Shown here: one piece after another, positions 38,772 to 50,300 of the stretch
Position numbering within the stretch: the first letter of the stretch is position 1
Layout of the letters: every line of letters begins with the position of its first letter
NCBI GenBank assembly: GCA_964247055.1
Contig: OZ176052.1
Coordinates: forward strand, 186,001-250,000
Length of the DNA: 64,000 nt
Source: Paragordius varius
Taxonomy: Eukaryota > Animalia > Nematomorpha
Direction of reading: 5' to 3'
Program-made: the position numbers and the translations under genes
Notes under the pieces: model-generated
What the model was told of the DNA's origin: nothing
Database searches by the model: none
What the model saw: only the letters and a program-made list of their open reading frames with translations

Positions 38772-38813
38772 GTTGTTTCCTTATTCCATCCGTGTGTATC
38801 CCTTGCTTGAACC
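38772..38813 (+). promoter_or_regulatory. Pyrimidine-rich (TCT/5'TOP-like) leader of RPS11
   Basis: gtttccttattccatcc lies just upstream of the MADQ start; ribosomal protein genes typically initiate in such tracts. Confidence 0.35.
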
Positions 38814-41800
38814 ATGGCTGATCAGGTATTCATAAAATTGTTTTATTTTAAGTTTATCATTTTGTTGAAAAATATTTAATAATTCATTAATTATAATGAG
38901 TCTGCCTACTCCAAATTTTAAAAGTGTTAAAAGCGCATTCCATACCTGGTCTACGAAAAAGGATAGAAAACAACAGTTGGAAAGACTTGTCTCACATCAA
39001 TACAATTTTTATATAGCATCTTTAGATTATAAATATTTCTATGAAGACAATTGGACGATAATTTCTACACTTTCGCAATCAGCTTATGGGATAGTATATC
39101 GCGTGAGAGACGTTAAAGGCATAGAATATGCGCTTAAAATTTCGTTAAAGCAACAACATAATCATCGCATTTTTAATCAAATACCAAATCATCGCAATAT
39201 AGTTCGGCATCTTTTGACATGGAGCGAAAATGAATTTTATTTTTTACTTACCGAACTTTGTGACCATAGCCTGTCCTATACGCATTTAAGCAAAGTTGGT
39301 ACTTTGATTAGGGAAGAATTATTGCAGAAGTGGACAATTGATATTTTAAACGGCTTAAATGCTTTACATAGTGTTAATTGTGTTCATTTGGATATAAAAC
39401 CTGACAATCTTTTAATCAAAAATGGTACTTGTAAAATTGGAGACTTTGGTTTAGCTTCTATTCTTCCTAGTCACACCGGTGATTCTGATATATCTGAGAG
39501 CAATTTTCACATTCATGATGGAGATAATCGATATTTAGCTCCTGAACTTTTAAACGGACATTTCACTCTGGCAGCCGATATTTTTAGTTTGGGAGTTACG
39601 CTTTTAGAATTGGCTACAGATTTAAGTTTACCTGACTCGGGTGAGTGCTGGATAGCACTTCGTCAGGGTCAATTACCTCCCCCAGAAGTTTTAAAATCTT
39701 CCGATTTTTCTCCCCAGTTTTTTGATTTAATTCGTTTAATGCTAAATCCCGATCCGAAAGCAAGACCGACCGTTTCCCAACTTTTATATGAAGGTCGTAG
39801 TCCTTGGATACCATCTCAATCTTTTTTTCCAATCATAAATCCTTTTTCAAGTATAATAAACGCCATTTTGATAAACTCGTTTTGGGATCGTCTGATGACC
39901 TTTTTTAGGCAGACGATTGCACGCATGCCCTTATTACCTTTGAATGTGAAGCGAAAATGTTGCACGATTTTATTATTTGATTGTCCAAATTTGGCTGCCA
40001 TTAATATATTCAAAGTGATGTGTAGCGCTTTTTGGCAAAAGACTAAATCCATAAAGTACAACAATCTTACAACACCTACCTCTGCAAACATATCTCCAAA
40101 ACCAGCTGTTTTAACACCAGAATCAGAATTTAGCGGATCGGAAATGACAGATTGTAATAAACAGGCCTCACTTGTATCCCGTGGAACTAAATTGAGATTT
40201 ATGTCAACTGCTGGTAAACGGAACTTCCGGAAAACGTTAAGGTTTGAAGATGACCAACCTCCAAAATTTGATTTGTTTGATCAAAATTTTGCAGATTATG
40301 GAGAAAATATTGAAACTAATCCCAACTCTGACATTGACTGTTTTAAACCAACAGAAACCTCAAGCAGCATCTTTCGTTCTTTGTTAACGGATTTTGATGA
40401 ATCGATCTCTCTTTCATGAATATTGCATTTTAATATATTCATCATTTCTTTTTATGTGATATCAATTTATTCTATTATAAATGCTAGAATCTGTTTCTTA
40501 TTTATTATTACTATTAAAAATAAATTTTTATACTATTTTATATAAATACCGCGTGAATTTCGTTTTATAGGTTGTTGTTTTTAAACACCATATTTTGAAT
40601 AACCTTAATTTAGACTGAGAGAGCTTTTCAAAAGCAACCCGCTATCTTTCAAAACCGCAAAGCATGCGTAAAGAAATCCAAAAAAGGACTTCGGTACTAT
40701 AAAAACATTGGATTGGGTTTTAAGACCCCACGTGAGGTACAATCCTTCAATTATACTGCAATTTAAAATATTATAAATTTAAAAAATTAAAAAAAAATTA
40801 ATAAAAAACTATTATTTTTATAATTGATTTTTTCCACATAAACTATAAATTACATTTTTAATATACACTCATGAATCCTTTATTTTATCAAAAATTAATT
40901 TTTTTTTCGTTAAATAAGTATAAATATTGGTAAAGAATGGAAATTCTATGGTAATTTATATACTTTTTTGATATAATATGTTATTTCTAATACCATAAAG
41001 CTTTTATTTTATTCTTTATTTAACAAATATTTATACCAATTAACGAAAAAAAAATTATGATAAAATAAAAGATACATGACTGTAATCCAATTTTTTGCAT
41101 TTTAAATGATAACTTATATTTTAAAATATCGAGATTTAAAAAGATAATAAGGTTTTCTTTATAAAACAGACATTTTAATTTTTATTTTGTCCTTATATTT
41201 TTTTCACAGGCTATTGAAGGCACATACATTGATAAGAAATGTCCCTTTACGGGTGACATTCACATTAGAGGTCGAATCCTAACAGCCACAGTTCTTAAAA
41301 TGAAAATGCAAAGAACGATTGTGGTTAGACGCAATTATTTGCATTACATACGAAAGTATAATCGATTTGAAAAACGACATCGGAATATGAGTGTTCATTT
41401 ATCGCCTTGTTTTAGGTAATCCTTTTTTATTTAATTATTTGTGTTTAGCTTAGATTTAAAATTTTATCAAATTTTGAAGACATATTTTTTCTTTATTTTG
41501 CAATTCAATCTATAAGTTATATTATCAGGATTTGAAATTTTACTTTTTTTACATGAAATATATCTTTTAGTACAAGTTTGTCTTTATAATTAATGATAGT
41601 GAGTACACCAATTGAGTTTTTTTCAAAATTTTATGATGATATTATGTTGCATTGAATTCATATATGATTACATGCAAAGCCAATCCTCTGAATTATTAAA
41701 TGTGAATTTAAAAAGAAATTATAAATACTAAAGGACAAATATTTTTTATAAAGACAGCCATACTTTTCTAAAACCTTTTTCCATAATTTTTATAATTTTT

Positions 41801-42190
41801 TGCAACAACGCGCGATTGATTATTTAAAATTATACATTAAGGTGTAAGTTTTATAGTTTTTTATAAAGACAGCCATACTGTAAACCTTGCTTTTTCTCCA
41901 TAATTTTACTAATTAAAATTTTTTTATTTTGCAACAACGCGCGATGGTTTATTAAGAATACATTAAAGTGTATAATAAGTTTTATGGTTTGTCCAGTTTA
42001 AAAAATTTTTTATGTTAAATATTTAATTTCAATTTTTACTATAAATATGCATTTATGATATAGGGATGTCCAGGTTGGAGACATTGTCACGATTGGAGAA
42101 TGTCGACCTTTAAGCAAAACTGTTCGTTTCAATGTTCTCAAAGTGACCAAAGCTTCGGGTTCCAAGAAGAAACAATTTCAAAAATTTTAA
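38814..42190 (+). CDS. RPS11: 40S ribosomal protein S11 (uS17); exons 38814-38825, 40614-40736, 41210-41415, 42064-42190 (155 aa)
   Basis: MADQ|[14 protein letters not shown]...[14 protein letters not shown]|[15 protein letters not shown]...RGRIL...[37 protein letters not shown]|[28 protein letters not shown]...FQKF*. Exon 2 is preceded by an in-frame TAG acceptor, so an upstream exon is required. Exons 2-4 are near certain; exon 1 is slightly less so. Confidence 0.93.
38896..40419 (+). CDS. PKMYT1: Myt1 (PKMYT1/Wee1-family) CDK1-inhibitory kinase, intronless, 507 aa
   Basis: [61 protein letters not shown] (Myt1-like). A hydrophobic segment follows the kinase domain, and the C-terminal [10 protein letters not shown] resembles the RxL cyclin-binding tail of Myt1. 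Confidence 0.9.
   Translation: MSLPTPNFKSVKSAFHTWSTKKDRKQQLERLVSHQYNFYIASLDYKYFYEDNWTIISTLSQSAYGIVYRVRDVKGIEYALKISLKQQHNHRIFNQIPNHRNIVRHLLTWSENEFYFLLTELCDHSLSYTHLSKVGTLIREELLQKWTIDILNGLNALHSVNCVHLDIKPDNLLIKNGTCKIGDFGLASILPSHTGDSDISESNFHIHDGDNRYLAPELLNGHFTLAADIFSLGVTLLELATDLSLPDSGECWIALRQGQLPPPEVLKSSDFSPQFFDLIRLMLNPDPKARPTVSQLLYEGRSPWIPSQSFFPIINPFSSIINAILINSFWDRLMTFFRQTIARMPLLPLNVKRKCCTILLFDCPNLAAINIFKVMCSAFWQKTKSIKYNNLTTPTSANISPKPAVLTPESEFSGSEMTDCNKQASLVSRGTKLRFMSTAGKRNFRKTLRFEDDQPPKFDLFDQNFADYGENIETNPNSDIDCFKPTETSSSIFRSLLTDFDESISLS
40519..40524 (+). promoter_or_regulatory. Candidate intronic polyadenylation signal for Myt1
   Basis: AATAAA ~100 nt after the Myt1 stop and ~90 nt before the RPS11 exon 2 acceptor. 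The AT-rich background makes a chance match possible. Confidence 0.4.
40866..41085. mobile_element. MITE family C palindromic copy in RPS11 intron 2
   Basis: CATGAATCCTTTATTTTATCA..TTTTTCGTTAA.. versus ..TTAACGAAAAAA..TGATAAAATAAAAGATACATGACTGTA form inverted arms. Confidence 0.65.
41628..41696 (+). ncRNA. Candidate box C/D snoRNA in RPS11 intron 3, guiding 28S rRNA Um in AGGAUUGGCU
   Basis: Box C ATGATGA 41633-41639, D' TTGA 41652-41655, C' ATGATTA 41664-41670, guide AGCCAATCCT 41678-41687, box D CTGA 41688-41691, with an AATT/AATT terminal stem. Confidence 0.7.
41730..41995. repeat. ~135-bp direct tandem duplication of a family A MITE remnant
   Basis: ATAAAGACAGCCATACT...TTGCAACAACGCGCGAT...ATACATTAA occurs twice. 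Confidence 0.8.
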
Positions 42191-42314
42191 TAAATTAAAT
42201 AAATGAAAAAATATTAAATTTATACATTTAAATTTATATTATTTTATATATATAGAAAGAGTTGTAAGAGTTTGAAAAAAATGACATTGACTTTTTTATA
42301 GTTATTTAGGGATA

Positions 42315-44344
42315 CAGTAAAAAAGACAAATATTTTTCTTTCTGAAAGACAACCACACTTTTTGAATCTTGATTTTTAAAATATAACTCATTGCTCAGGT
42401 TGTTTTAAAGTGTTATATTGAAAAATATATTACTATTACAATTACCTACATTTACAGTTAAAATTGAAATTATACGGACAATATGTAGAAATATAAAGAC
42501 AAATAATTTTTTAAAAAAACCATACTTTTTATAATCCTAATTTTTCTCAATTTACAATGGTAAAATATAGAATTGATTGTGTTAGTAATATATATTTGTG
42601 TTTCAGACTTCGTCATTTAATACAATGAGTTATATTTCAATATCAAAATAAAAATATGGTTTTCTTTTAAGAAAAAATATTAGTCTTTATGTTTTTACAT
42701 TTTGTCCGTATAATTTCAATTTTTATTATATTGTATTGAATAACTTATATAGAAAAAATTAAGTTTTGAAAAAGTATGGTTGGTTGTCTTTAAAAACAAT
42801 ATTTTATATTTTTACGTTTTATCCTCCCGTATAATCTCAATTTCTAATGTAATTTAAGCTTTATTTATATTTTTATCGATTTTTCCGCTTTTCTATCGGA
42901 AATATTGAATGTGGTCCTATGTTATTTTGCAATAGTTAGTTTTTATGTAACGGTTTTGTCATTAAATAAAGCCGGGGTCGCGCGTTAAGATTTGATATAT
43001 GCAAGATAGAGAGATATTTGGGCGGATTAAATAAAAGACCGAACAGTATATAAAGCTGTTCAAAAATTTCAATGAGAGTAGTATTATGGTGTGAATCGCA
43101 AATTTATTTAAAAAAAGTCCCATGTAAGCAGTGTAACATATTTTCTATCTTATTTATAATAAGTCATCAAGTTTAAGATGTTATCTGCACATTATAGCTA
43201 ATAATATAACTTTATTGATTTGATTTTCATCTTTCCATTTTTCAATAGAAGCTGTATTAGAATTAAGATTTATATTGTATGAATTATTTTATACATGGTG
43301 GCGTGAAACAGGAATAAAACTTTAAAATTATAATAAATCTAATCAATATTCAAATATTTTATATAATTTTTTTTTGCTACTATCTGTATATATTGAAAGT
43401 CAAATGAAGTTTTAATTTCTATTTGCTATTTCTTAATAACAAAACAATTTATGAGAACATCGCTAATTATTTAATATAATATCTAAAACACTTAAAAACA
43501 ATACGATTAAAATAATTTATTGATGATAAATACTATATTATATATTATATATATATATGCATAACATTAAAAATTTAATATTGATAAATTATATATTAAT
43601 ATTGCATTTTGTATTTAATAATTATATATGTTTTGACTTGGTTAAAATTATCACAGTTCAGCATTCCCGCCAATCTCTTCCAATTTTCTGTAATATAAAA
43701 AGATTTTTATTATAAATTCTTAAGAAGAAAAATAAATTTTTGTAATTAACTAAGCTTACAGTATTACAGTAAAAATTGAAATTATACGGACAAAATGTAA
43801 ATATATAATAAACAACCATACTTTTTTAAACCTTAATTTAACCTAAAAAATCAATAATTAAAATTGTAAAATACAGAATTGAGTGTGTTAAACCAAACAT
43901 CTCTATTAGAGTTTAAAACAATTAGTTCTATTTAAAAAATCAAATTTTAAAAGTATGGTTAGTATTTTAGATAAAAAATGTTAAATTTCCGTTTTGTCCG
44001 TAAAAAATTTCAATTTTTACTGTAAATTTAATTACATTGTGCATTTTAATGGTTGTTATACGGACAAAATGTGAAAATATAAAGACAAATTTTTTTATCT
44101 AAAAGACAACCCCATACTTTTTTAATCTTAATTTATTTCAACTCATTGTTTTAATCAACTACAAAGTATAATATAGAAATGAAAATTGGTAGCACAACCA
44201 ATTATATATTTTACGATTATAACTTTATAGCTTATATGAGAAAAATCAAGGTTTAAAAAAGTATATGGTTGTCTTTAAGATAAAACTATTTGTCTTTATA
44301 CTTTTACACTTTGTCCTTCTGTATAATTTCTTCACTTTTTACTG
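42315..44344. mobile_element. MITE family A copies: nested pair ~42315-42850, plus ~43767-44022 and ~44057-44344
   Basis: Family A TIR motifs. At 42315-42850 one copy (42453-42725) sits between the two arms of another. Confidence 0.7.
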
Positions 44345-47300
44345 TAAATCTTGATTTTTTCAAATATACTCATTGTTTTAAACTGCAATGTATAAAATAG
44401 AAATGTGAATTGCCAAGACAATTGTTCAAAGGTAAATTTGAATTGTTTAATGGGGTAAATTTGAATCGTTGTTTAAGGGTGAATTTGAATCATTGTTTAA
44501 GGGTGAATTTGAATTTTGTTTAAGGGTGAATTTGAATCGTTGTTTAATGGTGAATTTGAATTTTGTTTAAGGGTAAATTAGTAACGTTCAAGGGTGAATT
44601 TATATTTTGTTTAAGGGTAAATTTGAATCGTTGTTCAAGGGTGAAATTGAATCATTGTTCAAGGGTGATTTGAATTGTTTAAGGGTAAATTTGAATTGTT
44701 AAAAGGTAAAATTAGAAATGTTCAAGGGTGAATTTGAAATGTTCAAGGGTAAATTTGAATTGTTGTTTAAGGGTGAATTTGAATCATTGTTCAAGGGTGA
44801 ATTTGAATTGTTCAAAGGTGAATTTGAATTGTTCAAAGGTAAATTTAAAAAAACCTTTGTTCACGTTCCTGTCTAAGTCTTTGGAAATGTTCTCGAACAG
44901 CTCTTTCCTTGGCCTGCCTTTCAGCCAGAATGTGTTCTTTCCCACGAATACTCTCCACAAAAGCCACGCCAGATTTACGCGCCGTATTTAACATAACGGC
45001 TTTGGGACCAAAACTGTTTACATTGTAACCTTGAATAGAATAGAATTAAAAATTGAATAAATTAAATTATAGGAAATAAATAAATTTTTGTGGAAAATTA
45101 GTTATTAAAAATATTTTTGTGGGAAAAAATAGACTTTAAATTTATTTTTGTGGATTGAACTATGTGAAAAAATTATAAGAATTGAATAAATTTTGTGGAA
45201 AAAAATTATAAGAATTGAATTTTATGAAAAAGAATAGATAGGAATTGAATAAATTTTTGTGGGAAATTACAATTAAAAATTGTGTAAATTTTTGTGAGAA
45301 TTGAATAAATTTTTGTGGGAAAAAATTTATAGATGAGAATTGAATAAATTTTTGTGGAAAAAAAATTTAGATAGGAATTGAATAAATTTTTGTGGAAAAT
45401 TAGTTATTAAAAATATTTTTGTAGAAAAAAAATTATAGATGGGAATAGAACTAAAAATTGATATTATACTATAGAATTGAAAAAATTTTTGTGGAAAAAA
45501 ATTATAGATGGGAATTGAATAAATTTTTGTGTGGAAAAAAAATTATAGATAGGAATTGAATAATAGAATTAAAAACTGTAAATTTTTGTGGAAAATTAAA
45601 TTATGTAAATTATAGATTATAGGAATTGAATAAATTTTTGTGGAAAAAATAATTATAGATTATAGGAATTGATTAAATTTTTATGGGAAAAAAATAAGAA
45701 TTGAATAAATTTTTGTGGGGAAAAAAATTATAGAAATTGAATTGAAAATATTTTTGTGGAAAAAAGAATTTAGATAAAAATTGAATAAATTTTTGTGGAA
45801 AATTTAGAAAATATTTTTGTGGAAAAAAAAAGAATTTAGATAGGAATTGAATGAATTTTTGTGTGGAAAAAAAAATTATAGATGGGGATTGAATAAATTT
45901 TTGTTTGGGAAATAAAAATTAAATAAATTTTTGTGGAAAAAAAAACTATAGATGGAAATTGAAAAAATTATAAAAATTGAATAAATTTTTGTGGGAAAAA
46001 AAATTAAAGATAGGAATTGAATAAATTTTTGTGAATTATAGAATTAAAAATTGAATAAATTTTTGTGTGGAAAAAAAATTGATATTATACTATAGAATTG
46101 AAAATATTTTTGTGGAAAAAAATATAGATGGGATTGAATAAATTTTTGTGGAAATAAAATTATAGGAATTGAATAAATTTTTGTGAAAAATTAGTTATTA
46201 AAAATAAATTTTTGTGTGGAAAAAAGAATTTAGATAGGAATTAAATAAATTTTTGTGCGGAAAAAAAAATTTAGATAGGAATTGAATATATTTTTGTGGG
46301 AAAAAGAGTTATAGATAGGAATTAAATAAATTTTTGTGGAAAATATAATTATAGGAATTGAATAATTTTTTGTAGAAAATAGAATTTAGATAAGAATTGA
46401 ATAAATTTTTGTGTAAAAAAAAATTATAGATAGAAATTGAATAAATATATTTTATGGAAAAAAAATCATAAATGGGAATCGAATAAATTTTTGTGGAAAA
46501 AAAAGAATTATAGATGGGAATTGAATAAATTTTTGTGGGAAAAAAATTTTATGGATTTTTGTTAAACTTTAATTGACATATACTATATAATTGGTCTCGT
46601 TTTGGATTGAAAAATAGAATGTTGGATAGTAAATTGAAATTATACGGACAAAATGTAAAAATATTAAAACAAATATTTTTATCTAAAAGACACTTAAAAC
46701 CTTAATTCTCATATTAGCTAGTTAGTTACAATAAAGAATTGATTGTGATACCAGTATATATTTCTATTCTATACATTAAGGTTAAAACAATGAGTGTTAT
46801 TCAAAATAAACAGTGTTTAAAAAGAATGGTTTTCTTTTAGAAAAAAAAAATTGTCTTTATATTTTTACATATTGTCCGTATATCAAATTTTTACTGTATT
46901 TTAATATATATATATATATATATTTACTGAAAACTTTTTTAAAAAAGTAATTTTTTTTGAAAAATTTCGAAATATTTTTTTACCAGCTTTGGCTAGGTTA
47001 GTTGCGGCGACCAACGCATCCTGTGTTAAAGATCCAGCTTTTTGTCCATATCTAAATAAATAATGTAAAAAATGCGTTTTAAAATAAACTATTCTGTAAT
47101 ACAAATTATTGACAATCATGCTGGCCTATTCACTTATCGTTAGCCAATTGGTAATACATTAGCGTATGATAAAAAACAAATTTCGTCCATAATTAAATAA
47201 ACAAATTCGTTTTAAGGGTAGGGTGAAAAATTGTTAAATTTCAACATTTTATTGTTTTTACCCATACCCTACTGTATTTTAATGGGCACATGTGCACACT

Positions 47301-50300
47301 GTATTAAATATCATTTATATATTAAAGTATTATTATAATCAATTGTTGGTTTTTAAATTTGTTAATTTTAAAATTATATCATATTATATAACATATATAG
47401 TGTTAAAAATGGAAACAATTAAATTTTTTTTAATATATCTATAAACAGTAAAATATCCTTAAATTTATTAAATTAAATTGAAAAAAAAATCTTTTAGTTT
47501 AAAATCATTTAAAAAATATCTGACTTGTATTTAACTATTCGAACAGTTTCATCAGCTAAACTGGAGGCCAGAGCGGTTCCCGCCATTTCAAGGTTCAAAA
47601 AAACTGTACTAACTCCTATATATGTGACATTAAAGTTATTTATAAAGACAAAATTATTTTAAAAAAAATCCCTTGAAAATTTTAAATTTAACCCTAAAAC
47701 TAAATTATACGCATTTTCGAATGATATATATATATCTATATATTTATTGATATTTTGAAAAAAAAATGAAATTTTGTTTCAATACATTAAAAATGATTAA
47801 CTATGCCATAAAGAAATATTTATATTATATCAATAATAATGATTGTAATAAGCCCAAAAACAATTAATTTATTTTTGTAGAATGAATTTGAAATGTTTAA
47901 GCTATTTTGAACTTTTAAGCGTAATTTAAAATGTTTAAAAATAAAGGACTTAATTTGCTTTTTTACATAAAAAATGCTCTTTTCATTTTACCGTAAAAAT
48001 TAAAATTATACTATGGACAAAATGCAAAAATATAGAGACAATTTTTTTTTCAAAAGACAACCCCACACTTTTTTAAACCTTTATTTATCCTATAAAAAAC
48101 ATTAATTACAATCATAAAATACATAATTAATTGTGTTACCTATTTACATTTCTATATTATACTTTGTAGTTTAAAACAATGAAGGTTTTTATTAAAAAAT
48201 CAAGATTAAAAAAGTATGGGGTTGTCTTTTTGAAAAAAATATTTGGCTTTATATTTTCACGTTTTGTCCATAGTATAATTTCAATTGTATATTTGTCTTT
48301 TTAAATTCTGAATTTAGAATCGATTATATTATATTTCCTTTTAGCAAAAAAAATTTAAATATTACTTTTTATGGCATTTTAACGTAAATTTCCGTTAAAT
48401 TATAAGACTAAATTATATATATATAGCTACAAATCGATACTTATTAAAGATAAAAAAATTTTAAAATGTTCAATTAATATAAAAAATTTCAATATCATTT
48501 AAAAAAACTATTAAAAAATAAAAAATGTTCAATTTCTAAAAATTTGAAATCAAACCAATAATAGATTGTTCAGCAATATCCAACACTTGATCAACGAAAT
48601 GATCAGCCTTTTCTCGACTAACAATACGTTGCGGTATAAAGATGGTGGATTTTTTAACATAGGGGGCCAGCCATTGGGCTAATTTTACAGTCATGCTTCC
48701 AAACTTTTTAACTAAAACACCATAAATCAAAATAAAATTCAAGATAAAAAAATTATAGATTTATTGAAAATTTGTTTTTAAATATTGTTTTAAAAAAGTT
48801 TTTTTTATATTTTTTATAAATTTTAATAATATATATAGATAAAAATGATTTGCAAGATAATAGATATTAATAAGCAAAAATCTTGATAAAAATAAGGAAA
48901 TCCTTAAAACAATCAATTTTTTAGAAACTCCCTTTTTTTATCCAAAAATAATTAATAGGTATATCGATATAAATTAAATTTTTTTTCTTACATTTGAAAA
49001 AATGGAATCAACATTTCAACTAGAACCCAAAAAAATAGCTGGAAAAACTACATTTTTTTTAAAAAAATCACTAATTTGATAATATATATAACATTTACTC
49101 GAATTCACCCTTGAACAATTCAAATTCCCCCTCGAACAAATCAAATTTACCCTAAAATAAATTATGTGTTTTCGGGGTAATATAACTCATAATTAATAAA
49201 AAATATATTCTTATGGCAGAGTTTATTATTTTTTCAGTATTATATTCATTTTCAACGTAATTTCATTTTTTTTGAATATATAAAAATATAGGTAATTTTT
49301 AATCTTAAAAAACACATAATTTTAGGGTGAATTTATTTAAGGGGGGATTTAAACCATTATATATATATATATATATATATAAATAAACCATCACCAACAC
49401 TTTTAAGGAATTATAATATTATAAAATATTATAAAATAAAAAATTAATAAAAAAAATTATAAATACCACTGTAATTTGTAACTCTCAGAGCGTAAGAACT
49501 AGCCTTTCGGGCAGCAAAAGCAGCTGTTCGAGTGATTGGCCCAACTTGAATGGGTTGAACAGCTGGCGTTATTCGATCTTGCAGCTGGTCAGCACCTTGT
49601 CGAATAATTTGTTCGGCTTTTTCTGTGATGTACAACACATTCCGTGAAACCCAATCCGTACCTTTGAAAAAAAACAAAAAAAAGCTTTACAGTAAAAGTT
49701 TGAAATTTAGTAGAAACCTAAAAAGAAAAATATTTTTTAATATAATATAAAATCTTATTTTTTATACTAACTTTAGCTTTTATAAATATATAAAATGGTA
49801 ATACATTTTAATTTTAAGGACAAAATATAATATAAAGTAAAATATATATATTTTTGGTATTAAAAACAGCATTATAATTTGAAACCTTATGTTTTTATTT
49901 CAAAATCAGGTGTTTATAGGAAAAAGAAATGTACAGAAAAAATTGAAATTTTAAGGGCAAAGTGAGGAAAAAACAATCATATTTTTTATAAAACTTTGCA
50001 TTCCTATAGTATAAACTATAATATTTTGTTGCGAAATATATAATACTATACCGGGATCTATTTTTAAAGCCTTAGTTTTTGAAATCATTAAAATTGGTGT
50101 ATTTAAATAGGAGTTTTTGCAAATAAATGGTTTAAAACTATATTTTTTTATTATCGTATTGATTTATGATTTTATTCTCTAAATTGATATAAAATATATA
50201 TCTCTTCCGATATTCCTGTGTCATTTTTGCCCCCCAAAAAATAAAATTTTAACTTTTGAACCAAATAGGAAAGTATATTTCTACCATATTAAAAAATTCA

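Noticed and set aside
38597-38815. Minus-strand 72-aa ORF starting at the RPS11 ATG region
   Set aside because: AT-rich low-complexity translation with no homology; overlaps the presumed promoter.
40481-40492. Alternative RPS11 first exon ATG CTA GAA TCT|GT downstream of Myt1
   Set aside because: MLES does not match the conserved MADQ start and the donor (GTTTCT) is weaker. Disfavoured but not excluded without cDNA.
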